Source: Candidatus Omnitrophota bacterium (lineage in GTDB: Bacteria; Omnitrophota; Gorgyraeia; Zapsychrales; Fredricksoniimonadaceae). From it: DNA of 64,000 nt. Below the pieces are notes generated by a model. It saw only the letters and a program-made list of their open reading frames with translations. It was not told the DNA's origin and did no database searches. Location: the NCBI GenBank assembly GCA_044225175.1, contig JBGAJA010000004.1, positions 145,631-209,630 on the forward strand, read 5' to 3'. The position numbers and the translations under genes were made by a program. Position 1 is the first letter of the stretch. Each line of letters starts with the position of its first letter. Positions 30,587 to 39,896 of this stretch are shown in pieces.

Positions 30587-31633
30587 CTAATTACCTAAAC
30601 TCGCCATATCAATCACAAACCTATACTTCACATCTGCCTTCAAGACGCGTTCATAGGCTTCGTTGACCTTGGTGATTGGAATTAATTCAATATCTGAGGT
30701 TATATTGTGTTTGCCGCAGAAGTCCAGCATCTCTTGGGTTTCTTTGATACCGCCGATTAAGGAGCCGGCTAAACTTCGTCGTCCCATGATTAATGGAAAA
30801 GCGTGCAGTTGTGGGGCGTCGCTTGGAACACCCAAGAGCACCATGGTGCCATCGCGTTTGACTAAGCCTAAATATGCGCCCCAATCAAGTTTGACAGAGA
30901 CGGTGTTAATGATTAGATCAAAGTAGCGATCAAGTTTCTTGAAGGTTTCAGGATCATTGGTGGCATAGACGTGGGTTGCGCCTAGACGTTTGGCATCATC
31001 TTTTTTATCCAAGGTGCGTGAGAGCACAGTTACCTCTGCCCCCATGGCTTTGGCGATTTTAACTGCCATATGCCCCAGACCTCCCAAACCAATGATAGCC
31101 ACCTTCTTGCCAGGACCCACCTTCCAATGACGCAGTGGTGAATAGGTTGTGATGCCAGCGCACAACAAAGGTGCTGTTTTATCTAAGGGCAGATTGGCGG
31201 GGATTTTAAGCACGTAATTCTCATCCACAACAATAGCTGATGAATACCCCCCTTGTGCAGGCGCCTTGTTGTCCTTCTCCATGCAGTTATAGGTGAAGAT
31301 GGGGCGCACGCAAAATTGCTCCAAGCCTTCCTTGCAATCCGCACATTCACGGCAAGAATCAACCATACACCCAACCCCAACCTTGTCCCCCACCTTGAAT
31401 TTTTTAACATGAGGACCAACAGCTGTGACGGTACCAACTATTTCATGACCAGGCACCATGGGATAAATCGAATTGCCCCATTCATTGCGTGCTTGATGAA
31501 TATCCGAGTGACATATCCCGCAATGAGAAATTTTAATTGCCACATCACAAGGCCCAGCCTCACGACGGGTGATTTGCATAGGACTCAAAGGAGTAGTTGC
31601 GCTTGTAACACCATACGCTTTGACGTTAGACAT
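30587..31633 (-). CDS. Zn-dependent NAD(P) alcohol dehydrogenase (cinnamyl-ADH/YahK type)
   Basis: [40 protein letters not shown]. Confidence 0.95.
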   Translation of the reverse strand: MSNVKAYGVTSATTPLSPMQITRREAGPCDVAIKISHCGICHSDIHQARNEWGNSIYPMVPGHEIVGTVTAVGPHVKKFKVGDKVGVGCMVDSCRECADCKEGLEQFCVRPIFTYNCMEKDNKAPAQGGYSSAIVVDENYVLKIPANLPLDKTAPLLCAGITTYSPLRHWKVGPGKKVAIIGLGGLGHMAVKIAKAMGAEVTVLSRTLDKKDDAKRLGATHVYATNDPETFKKLDRYFDLIINTVSVKLDWGAYLGLVKRDGTMVLLGVPSDAPQLHAFPLIMGRRSLAGSLIGGIKETQEMLDFCGKHNITSDIELIPITKVNEAYERVLKADVKYRFVIDMASLGN

Positions 31634-31761
31634 AGATTGATCCTTTCTTGAAACGCTAAATTAAATATAAAGGGATGTTAAAACAAAAACACCAATAAGC
31701 AAAATGATTCCGGAGACAGTTTTCTTAAACGGCTAAAATACTTACTAGAATTAACAAGAAG

Positions 31762-31819
31762 TTATAAATAATCATTAGCCCTTATATTTTGGCTGTGAAC
31801 TACTTCGTTTGATGTCCAT
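31762..31819 (-). pseudogene. Possible 5' remnant of a cupin gene
   Basis: GGAG SD then ATG: MDIKRSSSQPKYKG*, with NDYL in a shifted frame. Resembles from memory the MxIKRSGSQPSxKGPxDYFTG N-terminus of cupins often found beside adh genes. Confidence 0.3.
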
Positions 31820-31849
31820 ATTTTATTCTCCACTTGTGTTACTGGAACT

Positions 31850-33106
31850 CTATATTTTAATCTCCAGAAGCTCATCCCACCTGCTTGTAAATCGTTTGGA
31901 TTTATATGCTTCATTGTACCAATCTTGCCTGACTCCTTCGGCTGCCATAAAAACCTTAGACGTATTTTGTCTATTATTCCATTCATCCATCACATCCATT
32001 AATCGTTGCTTACGGCTGTGATGATACGAGTCATCGAAAAGAAATTCTTGAGTTTTAGATTGGGCTTGAAGATTAGAAAAAATTACTCCCGCTTTCTTAT
32101 AACTATATCCGGGTTTATACAAAGATTTCAAAAGCTTATGAGCGGATGATATCAAATCAGGAGTATACGCTGTTGGTGGTGTCAAAACGGTTCCTGCGCA
32201 ATTGGCATAATATCGGTCTTTGAAGCGATTCGTCATCACGTAAACTTGAAGATAGCCGCATACAGATTGCTGAGAACGTAGCTTCTCACTAGCATTCGCT
32301 ATATAAGAGGCAATAGGCTCGTTTAATTCTTCTAGGCTTGTTACTTCTTTGGCAAAAGTCCGTGAGGTTGTGATGGTTTTTTTCTCATCGCGATTGTCTT
32401 GAGAATCAAAACAAGGAATACCTCTTAACTCCCAAACGGTTTTTAAAGAGATAACCGTCAAATTTTTCGTAATCCAGCTATCTGGCATTCCCTTGAGCTC
32501 TAAGGCGGTGTGAATGCCATGTTTTTTAAGAAAATCAGCTTTGTTGCGTCCTATGCCCCAGAGATCTTCCACGGGCGTTTTCTCTAACCAATGATCAATG
32601 TCTTTCACCTCCGATAGACAAAAAACACCTTCGATCGTTTTCTTTTTGGCCACATGATTAGCGACTTTGGCCAAGGTTTTTGTGGGAGCAACACCGACTG
32701 ATACAGGCATGCCTACTTCCTTTTTAAGCTTCCCTTTTAATTCTTTGGCATGCTCATAAGGATTGGTTATTCCCTCTAAGTGCAGAAAGGCTTCATCGAT
32801 GGAATAGATTTCTAATTCGGGCGTAAATTCTGCAGCAGTTTGCATGACTCTTGAGGAAAGATCGCCATATAAAGCAAAGTTGGCTGAATAAACAGCCACC
32901 TTTTCTTTTTTAAAAAGTTCACTGCATTTAAAGTAAGGCGCTCCCATAGGAACGCCCAGAGCTTTGGCTTCATTGGAACGAGAAACCACACAACCATCAT
33001 TATTAGACAGCACCACAACAGGTCTGTTACGCAAGGAAGGATTAAACACCCGCTCGCAAGAAACAAAGAAATTATTGCAATCAATCAGACAAAATAGTTT
33101 ATTCAT
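31850..33106 (-). CDS. umuC: Y-family DNA polymerase V catalytic subunit
   Basis: [36 protein letters not shown]-terminal [10 protein letters not shown]. Start MNKLF. Confidence 0.93.
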   Translation of the reverse strand: MNKLFCLIDCNNFFVSCERVFNPSLRNRPVVVLSNNDGCVVSRSNEAKALGVPMGAPYFKCSELFKKEKVAVYSANFALYGDLSSRVMQTAAEFTPELEIYSIDEAFLHLEGITNPYEHAKELKGKLKKEVGMPVSVGVAPTKTLAKVANHVAKKKTIEGVFCLSEVKDIDHWLEKTPVEDLWGIGRNKADFLKKHGIHTALELKGMPDSWITKNLTVISLKTVWELRGIPCFDSQDNRDEKKTITTSRTFAKEVTSLEELNEPIASYIANASEKLRSQQSVCGYLQVYVMTNRFKDRYYANCAGTVLTPPTAYTPDLISSAHKLLKSLYKPGYSYKKAGVIFSNLQAQSKTQEFLFDDSYHHSRKQRLMDVMDEWNNRQNTSKVFMAAEGVRQDWYNEAYKSKRFTSRWDELLEIKI

Positions 33107-33108
33107 AA

Positions 33109-33537
33109 TCAAACCGAATGGATGACATGCAAAACCACACCCCAAATTTCAAAATCCATCCCTTTGACTACTTCGATGGGTTTATAATTTGGGTTTTCAG
33201 GCAGCAGATACACGGTCTCTTTTTTCTTTTGAAGGCGTTTAACGGTAAATTCACCGTTGATGATAGCAACCACAATCTTACCGTGTTTGGCCTCTTGTGA
33301 GCGATCAACAATAAGCATATCCCCTGAATGGATGCCTGCCCCAATCATTGAATCTCCTTTAACCTTAACAAAAAAGGTTGAGGCGGGATGCTTGATCAGA
33401 TGTTCATTCAAGTCCAAATTCTTATCTAGATAATCATCCGCAGCCGAGGGAAAACCAGCCTTGATCTGAGAAAGATAAAGTGGCAGTTCTTGGTGATGGG
33501 TGATGTCAGCTTGAAAAATTTCAATGACCTTTGTCAT
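33109..33537 (-). CDS. umuD: DNA polymerase V accessory subunit (S24 peptidase)
   Basis: [10 protein letters not shown] cleavage region, GDSM, FTVKRL, IWGVV. Confidence 0.93.
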   Translation of the reverse strand: MTKVIEIFQADITHHQELPLYLSQIKAGFPSAADDYLDKNLDLNEHLIKHPASTFFVKVKGDSMIGAGIHSGDMLIVDRSQEAKHGKIVVAIINGEFTVKRLQKKKETVYLLPENPNYKPIEVVKGMDFEIWGVVLHVIHSV

Positions 33538-33545
33538 GGGTAATT

Positions 33546-33920
33546 CTACTCCTCAACAGCCTCTACCACAGGCAACTCTTCCAATGGAACACGTTTAAGC
33601 TTCATATGACGCGTCTTTTGCTTATGCGCTAAATCCAAACCCACTTTAAAAACTTTCGAAATCGCCCTTCTAAGCGACGTAGGATCTTCTAAGCAATTTT
33701 CTTTCACCACAATATCGTCAAAATGGGAAATTTTTAAATCTAGACGGACACAGACCATATTTGATTTTTGATGATGCTTGCTTTGTTTTTCGATCACAAC
33801 ATGACATTTAGTTACATCAATGTCTTCAGCCTTAATTTTTTCATACTTTTCAACAATTACTGCATCAAGACCTGGATTATGTGGCATATCGTGAAAAGTA
33901 ATTTGGAGTGGATTTTGCAT
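33546..33920 (-). CDS. HPF/RaiA-like ribosome-associated protein
   Basis: MQNPLQITFHDM..CHVVIE..HHQK...VRLDLKI. Confidence 0.7.
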   Translation of the reverse strand: MQNPLQITFHDMPHNPGLDAVIVEKYEKIKAEDIDVTKCHVVIEKQSKHHQKSNMVCVRLDLKISHFDDIVVKENCLEDPTSLRRAISKVFKVGLDLAHKQKTRHMKLKRVPLEELPVVEAVEE

Positions 33921-33938
33921 AAGACCTCTTTCGTTAGA

Positions 33939-34289
33939 TTACATCGCTCTGACTGCCATGACCTCAATATAAGATTGTGGAATTTGTAAGTGAGGATGTT
34001 TTTCAAAAGCTTTAGCTGCAGCCTCATGAGATTCAGCTTCGATAAAAGAATACAAACAAATATCGTTTTTAGTGTCTGATACACCTTGCGCCGTAACCTT
34101 CTTAGTCTTCCCACACGCTTCAGTCACTTTAATCATACTAGCATGCTCACTCATCCACTTCCCCCACTCCGCCTTCATCTTATCCTCAGCCTCTTTACGA
34201 ACATCCGGATCAGTCTTAGCCCAATCAGCGATCACTGCAACGGGTATGCTGTAAAAAACAATGAACTTAGTTAATTTGGAATCACTCAT
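33939..34289 (-). CDS. YCII-related dimeric barrel protein
   Basis: EWGKWM..GKTKKVT..YSFIEAESHEAA..HPH..IEVM. Confidence 0.65.
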   Translation of the reverse strand: MSDSKLTKFIVFYSIPVAVIADWAKTDPDVRKEAEDKMKAEWGKWMSEHASMIKVTEACGKTKKVTAQGVSDTKNDICLYSFIEAESHEAAAKAFEKHPHLQIPQSYIEVMAVRAM

Positions 34290-34349
34290 AAAATTTCCTT
34301 TCGTTATTATTAAAAACCTTATGTAAAATTAAGTATTGTGTCCCCAGAA

Positions 34350-34919
34350 CTAATTATGTGCGGACTGAATTAAGGATGGTGTCCCTTGAACTTTCTGAAT
34401 TTGAACATCTTTAGGCAAAGACAAAAGAATTCCAACTCCTAAAAGAAGCAAGAATGTCATCGCAGTTTCTAAAATTATCCAGTGCCAACCCGTAAGATTA
34501 AATTTCTTTAATTGCCCTATTATAAATTTAAAACTTTCTCTTGGCTGAGGTTCGTTAACTGAAATTCCAGTCAATTCATCAATTATTCTTCTGTATTCAT
34601 TCATATAATCATGATCTAAACTCTGAGAATTTTGAATTAAAATCATCCAAACCACATGGAAAATAAAAATTATGAAAATAATAAAGGCAACTATAATGTA
34701 ACCAACTATATTTGATATATAAATCTTTTCATAAAGGTAAGAACCTCCCACAACAATCAACGTCCAAATGGCTATGTTTACCTGAAACTCAATAGCGCGT
34801 GTTTGCATAAAATGATCTAATTTTGCCTTATTGAGTCCTAACAAACAATCCACTTTTTCTTTATCATTCATTGCATCCTTCTCCTCATTTGTACACCTAA
34901 AGATATAATTGGATGCCAT
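34350..34919 (-). CDS. Hypothetical membrane protein
   Basis: Three TM segments, AT-rich codons. Confidence 0.55.
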   Translation of the reverse strand: MASNYIFRCTNEEKDAMNDKEKVDCLLGLNKAKLDHFMQTRAIEFQVNIAIWTLIVVGGSYLYEKIYISNIVGYIIVAFIIFIIFIFHVVWMILIQNSQSLDHDYMNEYRRIIDELTGISVNEPQPRESFKFIIGQLKKFNLTGWHWIILETAMTFLLLLGVGILLSLPKDVQIQKVQGTPSLIQSAHN

Positions 34920-34940
34920 ACGACTGAACTTAATCCTTTA

Positions 34941-35204
34941 TTACCTATTGGTGAATTGATATAAATTACTAAAAAATTGATTATTCTCCTGCTGCAATTT
35001 TATTCTTAAATCCAAGTATTCATATTTACTAATTTCTTTTTTATTATAAGCATCTTCTATTTCATTTAATGTCTTTGAATACCAATCGTTATTATTCTTT
35101 TGCTGTGCGTAAACTAGCTTTGAAGCATCTGGCATAGTCTGTGCTAACAAAATTGTTGGTATACATAAAATTATCAATGACAAAATTAATTGTGCCATCT
35201 TCAT
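34941..35204 (-). CDS. Hypothetical exported protein
   Basis: AAGGAG SD and signal peptide. Confidence 0.55.
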   Translation of the reverse strand: MKMAQLILSLIILCIPTILLAQTMPDASKLVYAQQKNNNDWYSKTLNEIEDAYNKKEISKYEYLDLRIKLQQENNQFFSNLYQFTNR

Positions 35205-35256
35205 CTCCTTATTTTTATTCTTGTTTTAATTTATTTAGAATAGAAACTACACCTAA

Positions 35257-35625
35257 TCACTTAGTTTTTTTATCCAATGAGGTTCCTTTTTCTTCGAACC
35301 CCAACATTAACAATGTCTCATATAAATCATAAACCTGTCGGGCAATTTTTGTTCCCGTCTTATTATAAATATGATCCATAGTATTTTCTACCGACCCAAT
35401 CCACAATTCTCCATTCCATTCTTTACATACTGGACCAGATTTAGTTAAATTCTTTTCAATAAATCTCCATTTTTTCTTTAATTTGCTGGGGAAGTGACTT
35501 TCATCCAGAGTATGACATTGTAAATATGCTTTTATTAATCTATTTCTCACATCACCTGGAGCAACAGCTAAGGTTCTAACTGCGTTTCTTAGTTTTTCTA
35601 AAGCATAATGATAACTTTTAGCCAT
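35257..35625 (-). CDS. Hypothetical protein
   Basis: GGAGGT SD and a 122-aa ORF. Confidence 0.6.
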   Translation of the reverse strand: MAKSYHYALEKLRNAVRTLAVAPGDVRNRLIKAYLQCHTLDESHFPSKLKKKWRFIEKNLTKSGPVCKEWNGELWIGSVENTMDHIYNKTGTKIARQVYDLYETLLMLGFEEKGTSLDKKTK

Positions 35626-35701
35626 ACAACCTCCATTTTCTAACGCCGAGTAATTCTACCCCCATCCCCTACGAGATCAAGAATTTAATTTCCCCACAAA
35701 C

Positions 35702-35733
35702 AAAAAACCCTGCACCATATGGTACAGGGTTTT
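35702..35733 (-). terminator. Intrinsic terminator after the SRPBCC gene
   Basis: AAAACCCTG-caccatatggta-CAGGGTTTT, with a T-tract on the minus strand. Confidence 0.75.
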
Positions 35734-35749
35734 GGTTAAAATGTCTTCT

Positions 35750-36217
35750 TTATGCCTTCGCTTGATCACAAGGCGCTTTCCAGGCCCAGAGGTTGAAGGT
35801 TTTGTTGGTTTCGAGGTAGGTTTTCATGTTGGAAAGGACTAGTGGCCAGCCTACTGAGATTTTGGAGGCCATATCTGAGCCTTCAACTAGCTTATCGTGA
35901 GTGACGACTAGGCGGACCATGTCTTCTAGGCTGTCGATTTCAAATGTGACGCGGGATTGATCAGATTTGTTGGAAGGTTCGACCCAGGTTATGACTAAGC
36001 GTTTTGGAGGGTTTACTTCAATGACTTCCCCGCATACTCTGGCTTCATTGTTGCTCTTGCCCTTTTCTACGTGATACCAGGGAGAGCCTTTCTTCCAATC
36101 GGAAACATTGCCATGTCCCCAATATTGACGTGCGAATTCTGGATTGGTGATGGCTTGCCAGACTTTCTCTGGGGTAGTTTTCATGTAGGTGGTGTAGACA
36201 AATTGGGTACTTTTCAT
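35750..36217 (-). CDS. SRPBCC/AHA1 family protein
   Basis: FVYTTYMKTTPEKVWQAIT..PPKRLVITW..GWPLVLSNMKTYLET. Confidence 0.9.
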   Translation of the reverse strand: MKSTQFVYTTYMKTTPEKVWQAITNPEFARQYWGHGNVSDWKKGSPWYHVEKGKSNNEARVCGEVIEVNPPKRLVITWVEPSNKSDQSRVTFEIDSLEDMVRLVVTHDKLVEGSDMASKISVGWPLVLSNMKTYLETNKTFNLWAWKAPCDQAKA

Positions 36218-36531
36218 TTCTTTTCTCCTTGTGTTAGTGCTGCTTTTAAATTATGTAAAGCCTTAAGATGGCCTCGTTCAAATTTTCCAATCCATCGCAT
36301 GTAGATTTCCTGAACAGGAACTGGATTAAGATAATGTTTCTTATGGCGCCCTTCCTTCCTTGTAGTGACCAAATTAGCTTTCTCCAAAATAAGAAGATGC
36401 TTGCTGACCGCCTGACGGCTCATATCATGATATTCGCAAAGCTCATTTAAAGTCTGACCATTCTTGGCGTGAAGATGATCTAAGATCTTTCTTCTACTGC
36501 TATCGGCTAAGGCTTTGAAGACTTTATCCAT
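36214..36531 (-). CDS. ArsR/SmtB family regulator (probably leaderless)
   Basis: MDKVFKALADSSRRKILD..MSRQAVSKHL..LEKANLV..HYLNP. Confidence 0.9.
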   Translation of the reverse strand: MDKVFKALADSSRRKILDHLHAKNGQTLNELCEYHDMSRQAVSKHLLILEKANLVTTRKEGRHKKHYLNPVPVQEIYMRWIGKFERGHLKALHNLKAALTQGEKK

Positions 36532-36537
36532 GCGCCA

Positions 36538-36565
36538 ATTATGCAACTATTTGGTTGCATGTCAA
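36538..36565 (-). promoter_or_regulatory. ArsR promoter and operator
   Basis: TTGACA-16-CATAAT enclosing the palindrome ATGCAAC-tatttg-GTTGCAT (36541-36560). ATG lies 6 nt after the -10. Confidence 0.75.
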
Positions 36566-36601
36566 GGAAAATTATATCCTCTCTTTGGCATCTAAAATAA
36601 T

Positions 36602-36629
36602 TTGACAGCGCCTAGGACAATTGTATACT
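36602..36629 (+). promoter_or_regulatory. Sigma70 promoter of the riboswitch-kimA transcript
   Basis: TTGACA-16-TATACT. Confidence 0.65.
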
Positions 36630-36639
36630 TTTTGGATAA

Positions 36640-36792
36640 CTTAATTTCCTGTTTCAATAAGCTGTTTAATCAGCTTACAGGAAAGCGGGGGACCCAAAAG
36701 GCCAATTGTGGCCTGGGGGCTAATGCTCAATACCTCACAAGGTAGGAGCAAGGACCACTCAATCCTAGCCCGACAGCTAACCTCGTCTGCTA
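36640..36792 (+). ncRNA. c-di-AMP (ydaO/yuaA) riboswitch aptamer
   Basis: Conserved blocks GCGGGGGACC...TGGGGGCTAAT...AGCCCGACAGCTAACCTCGTC. Sits upstream of a KimA/YdaO homologue, the canonical context. Confidence 0.85.
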
Positions 36793-36809
36793 ATCAAATG
36801 AGGGAAACT

Positions 36810-36841
36810 ATCCAGAGAGAGTCTCCTCTGGATTTTCGTTT
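36810..36841 (+). terminator. Riboswitch expression-platform terminator
   Basis: ATCCAGAG-agagtctc-CTCTGGAT-TTTCGTTT, before the SD. Confidence 0.65.
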
Positions 36842-36862
36842 GCCTCAGGGAGGTAGTTGCGT

Positions 36863-38821
36863 ATGTTTGCACGTTTAAAGCAGTTGTTTATTGGTAAACC
36901 GAAGAATCCCCATGACCTAAACATCTTTCATCGGATGTCATTGATCGCCGTTCTAGCCTGGGTCGGTTTAGGCGCAGATGGTCTGTCCTCTTCCTGTTAT
37001 GGGCCCGAGGCAGCTTATCTAGCTCTTGGTGAACACAAGTATTTGGCTATTTTTGTGGCCATTCTATCTGCAGTCACCATCTTTCTCATTAGCGCCAGCT
37101 ATTCACAAATCATTGAATTATTCCCAAGCGGTGGTGGTGGCTATCTGGTTGCAAGTCGTTTGATTAATCCAACGGTTGGCATGATCTCCGGCTGTGCCTT
37201 GCTAATCGATTATGTTTTAACGATTGCCATCTCAATTGCAAGCGGTGCCGATGCTTTATTTAGCTTTCTCCCCGTCGGTATATTGCCTTATAAATTGCCA
37301 TTTGAAATAGCAGGCGTGTTTCTCTTGATGGTCATGAATATGCGTGGGGTTAAAGAATCTGTTGTCCCTTTAACTCCCATTTTTATGACCTTCATCGTCA
37401 CCCATGCCTTTGCCATTGGCTATGCCATCTATCTTCATTCCTCTCAATTACCCAATATCGTGAGCGCCACAAGCCAGGAAGTCTCCTCCCTTCATGCATC
37501 TATCGGCGCATTTGGGATTTTGTTTATTATTCTTAAAGCGTTCAGTTTAGGTGCTGGAACCTTTACAGGAATTGAAGCCGTCAGTAATGGTTTGCCTGCA
37601 TTAAGAGAGCCCAAGGTTCAAACGGGTAAGAAAACCATGATGTATATGGCCCTCTCCTTGGCCATCACCGTCGTAGGGTTAATCATTGGGTATTTACTCT
37701 TTGATGTGCAAAAGATGGGCGATAAAACCCTGAATGCCTCTTTGTTTGAGCAATTAACTCGTACCTGGACATCTCCCTGGGGGTATACCTTTGTGATGGT
37801 CGCTTTGATTTCTGAAACCATGCTGTTATTTGTAGCGGCCCAAGCAGGTTACTTGGATGGCCCTCGTGTTCTAGCTAGCATGGCTGTTGATCGCTGGGCA
37901 CCTTCCAGATTTTCAAGCTTCAGTGATCGCTTGGTCACTCAAAACGGTATTATCCTCATGGGGATATCCTCTTTGATTATTCTAGTTGTGACGCAGGGCT
38001 CTGTGGCTGCGCTCGTGATTCTTTACAGTATCAATGTATTTATCACCTTCTGCCTCTCCCAATGGGGCATGGTTGTGCATTGGTGGCAAGTGCGCAACGA
38101 AGAACGCGCTTGGATTAAAAAAATCATCGTCAACGGCAGCGGCTTATTGTTGACGGGATTTATTCTGGTTTCCATGGTCATTCTCAAATTCCATGAAGGC
38201 GGCTGGGTAACGCTCGCCATGACAGCAGCCTTGGCTTGTGGCGCGTGGGGCATTCGCAAGCATTATCGAAACACCTTAAACAAACTGCGCAGCTTATCTC
38301 CTTTAACTGAGGCTGTTGAAAAGGATATTCCTCAAGGCGCTGGGCCCATTGATAAGCCTTCCATCGAAGGTAAAACGGTGATTATCCTAGTCAATGGCTA
38401 TAACGCTTTAGGACTGCATACCCTTTTTAATGCCGTACGCATCTTTAAAAGCGATGTAAAAAACTTTGTCTTTATCCAAATCGGCGTCATTGATGCTGAG
38501 ACGTTTAAAGGCAAGGAAGAAATGAGCAAGCTAAAAGTCAGTGTGGAAGCTGACTTAAAAAAGTACGAACAGTTAATGCAGTCCCACGGCTACTTCGCCA
38601 AAGGCCATTATGCCTTAGGCACAGACATCACTCTTGAAATCGAAGAACTCGTGGTCCGCTTGCGTCGGGTCTATGACAATTGCATTGTCTTTGGCGGGCA
38701 GGTGGTCTTTGAGAAGGAGTCCCTCCTTACCAGGTTCCTGCATAACCATACGGTTTTTGCCGTACACAAACGTCTGTACTATCAAGGCATTCCTATGATG
38801 ATCTTGCCTGTGAGGTTGTAA
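36863..38821 (+). CDS. kimA: KimA/YdaO-like APC-family K+ transporter
   Basis: GADGLSSSCYGPE, GGGGY, ALLIDYVLT, RGVKES, TGIEAVSNG, many TM segments plus a cytosolic C-domain, riboswitch upstream. Confidence 0.8.
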   Translation: MFARLKQLFIGKPKNPHDLNIFHRMSLIAVLAWVGLGADGLSSSCYGPEAAYLALGEHKYLAIFVAILSAVTIFLISASYSQIIELFPSGGGGYLVASRLINPTVGMISGCALLIDYVLTIAISIASGADALFSFLPVGILPYKLPFEIAGVFLLMVMNMRGVKESVVPLTPIFMTFIVTHAFAIGYAIYLHSSQLPNIVSATSQEVSSLHASIGAFGILFIILKAFSLGAGTFTGIEAVSNGLPALREPKVQTGKKTMMYMALSLAITVVGLIIGYLLFDVQKMGDKTLNASLFEQLTRTWTSPWGYTFVMVALISETMLLFVAAQAGYLDGPRVLASMAVDRWAPSRFSSFSDRLVTQNGIILMGISSLIILVVTQGSVAALVILYSINVFITFCLSQWGMVVHWWQVRNEERAWIKKIIVNGSGLLLTGFILVSMVILKFHEGGWVTLAMTAALACGAWGIRKHYRNTLNKLRSLSPLTEAVEKDIPQGAGPIDKPSIEGKTVIILVNGYNALGLHTLFNAVRIFKSDVKNFVFIQIGVIDAETFKGKEEMSKLKVSVEADLKKYEQLMQSHGYFAKGHYALGTDITLEIEELVVRLRRVYDNCIVFGGQVVFEKESLLTRFLHNHTVFAVHKRLYYQGIPMMILPVRL

Positions 38822-38823
38822 AA

Positions 38824-38862
38824 ATAAGACAGCCCCGATGGATACCCTCGGGGCTGTCTTAT
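38824..38862. terminator. Bidirectional terminator
   Basis: ATAAGACAGCCCCGA-n9-TCGGGGCTGTCTTAT between convergent genes. Confidence 0.85.
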
Positions 38863-38876
38863 AAAGAAACGATCTT

Positions 38877-39047
38877 CTAACTCTTTTGACCAATTAAGAA
38901 ATAAAGAATCATCCCAAGGACCGGTAAAATCAATATTAAAATGACCCATAGGGCTTTTTTACCTGAATCCATGGAACTTTGTACTACATGAGCAATAGCA
39001 ACAATATCTAAAACAAAGATAAGAAATCCAACAAGACTTAAACTCAT
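38877..39047 (-). CDS. PLDc_N-type small membrane protein (56 aa)
   Basis: Not in the ORF track. MSLSLVGFLIFVLDIVAIAHVVQSSMDSGKKALWVILILILPVLGMILYFLIGQKS, with AAGGA SD. Confidence 0.85.
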   Translation of the reverse strand: MSLSLVGFLIFVLDIVAIAHVVQSSMDSGKKALWVILILILPVLGMILYFLIGQKS

Positions 39048-39079
39048 ACTTATATTCCTTTCCGTGAAAATACTGGAAT

Positions 39080-39241
39080 TTAAACCTTCCTTTTTAATTC
39101 ACTGGCGGCACGATCGATCTTATTTTTGACATTGCCACGAAACTCATCTGCCTTACCCTCTGCTTTTAAACGCTTATTATTGGTCAAGTCCCCTGCAGCT
39201 TGTTTCACTCGGCCTTTAATCTTATCCATTTGTCCATCCAT
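39080..39241 (-). CDS. CsbD-family stress protein (53 aa)
   Basis: Not in the ORF track. MDGQMDKIKGRVKQAAGDLTNNKRLKAEGKADEFRGNVKNKIDRAASELKRKV, with AAGGAGGT SD. Confidence 0.88.
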   Translation of the reverse strand: MDGQMDKIKGRVKQAAGDLTNNKRLKAEGKADEFRGNVKNKIDRAASELKRKV

Positions 39242-39294
39242 ATGAACCTCCTTTTAATAGGTTAATCCATCTAGGAGTATTTAAACAAAATGAA

Positions 39295-39311
39295 GGTTAA
39301 GATAGGATGAA
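39295..39311 (-). promoter_or_regulatory. Pho-box-like site upstream of the CsbD-like gene
   Basis: TTCATC-CTATC-TTAACC, 16/17 identical to the site at 20114-20130. Confidence 0.5.
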
Positions 39312-39335
39312 ACCATTAAGACTATAAGGAATTTC

Positions 39336-39893
39336 TTATTGTGCTTCAGATTTCCATCTATAGCCACGTTCGTCTAAAATGAACTTGGTTTCTTCAAACA
39401 GTTTGAGTACGGCAGGATAATTTTCAGCTTCTTTGAAGTTTTCGATCAGCCAATCCACATCACTTCCCCATTGCTTCAAAGAATTCATATTTCTTAAGAC
39501 TCTAAGCTTATTTCCCGTTCGGTTAAACATGGTGCTTTTAAGCAAAAAGGAGACGACTTTGTAGAGATTATATTCTTCAACAACACTTGTTAGGATTTCG
39601 CGGCGTTTATTGGCGTTTAATTGCAGATGATATCCAGCTTCCCTTAAGAAGCTTTGTTCTTTGAATTTAACAGCTGGATCATAGGGCTGGGCGGTTTTTA
39701 TGGGTTTGTAATCGATTGCCTCTAAATCTTCTTCAGGAGCAATACGGATTTGGCTGGAATTCACTTCCCTGATTCTGTATTGGGATGCAACTTCCTTATT
39801 TCCAGTAAAGAATTCTTTAAGAGAGGTTTGACCATCAACTAACCCAATAAACCCTTCGGTTTTGTGTTTCACATAGATGCCGTCTTCGAACAT
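39336..39893 (-). CDS. Hypothetical protein
   Basis: 185-aa ORF starting 3 nt after the upstream stop. Confidence 0.6.
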   Translation of the reverse strand: MFEDGIYVKHKTEGFIGLVDGQTSLKEFFTGNKEVASQYRIREVNSSQIRIAPEEDLEAIDYKPIKTAQPYDPAVKFKEQSFLREAGYHLQLNANKRREILTSVVEEYNLYKVVSFLLKSTMFNRTGNKLRVLRNMNSLKQWGSDVDWLIENFKEAENYPAVLKLFEETKFILDERGYRWKSEAQ

Positions 39894-39896
39894 AAT

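Noticed and set aside
34350-35650. Integron cassette array
   Set aside because: A GTTAGAA precedes one ORF, but there are no matching RYYYAAC/attC hairpins and no integrase.
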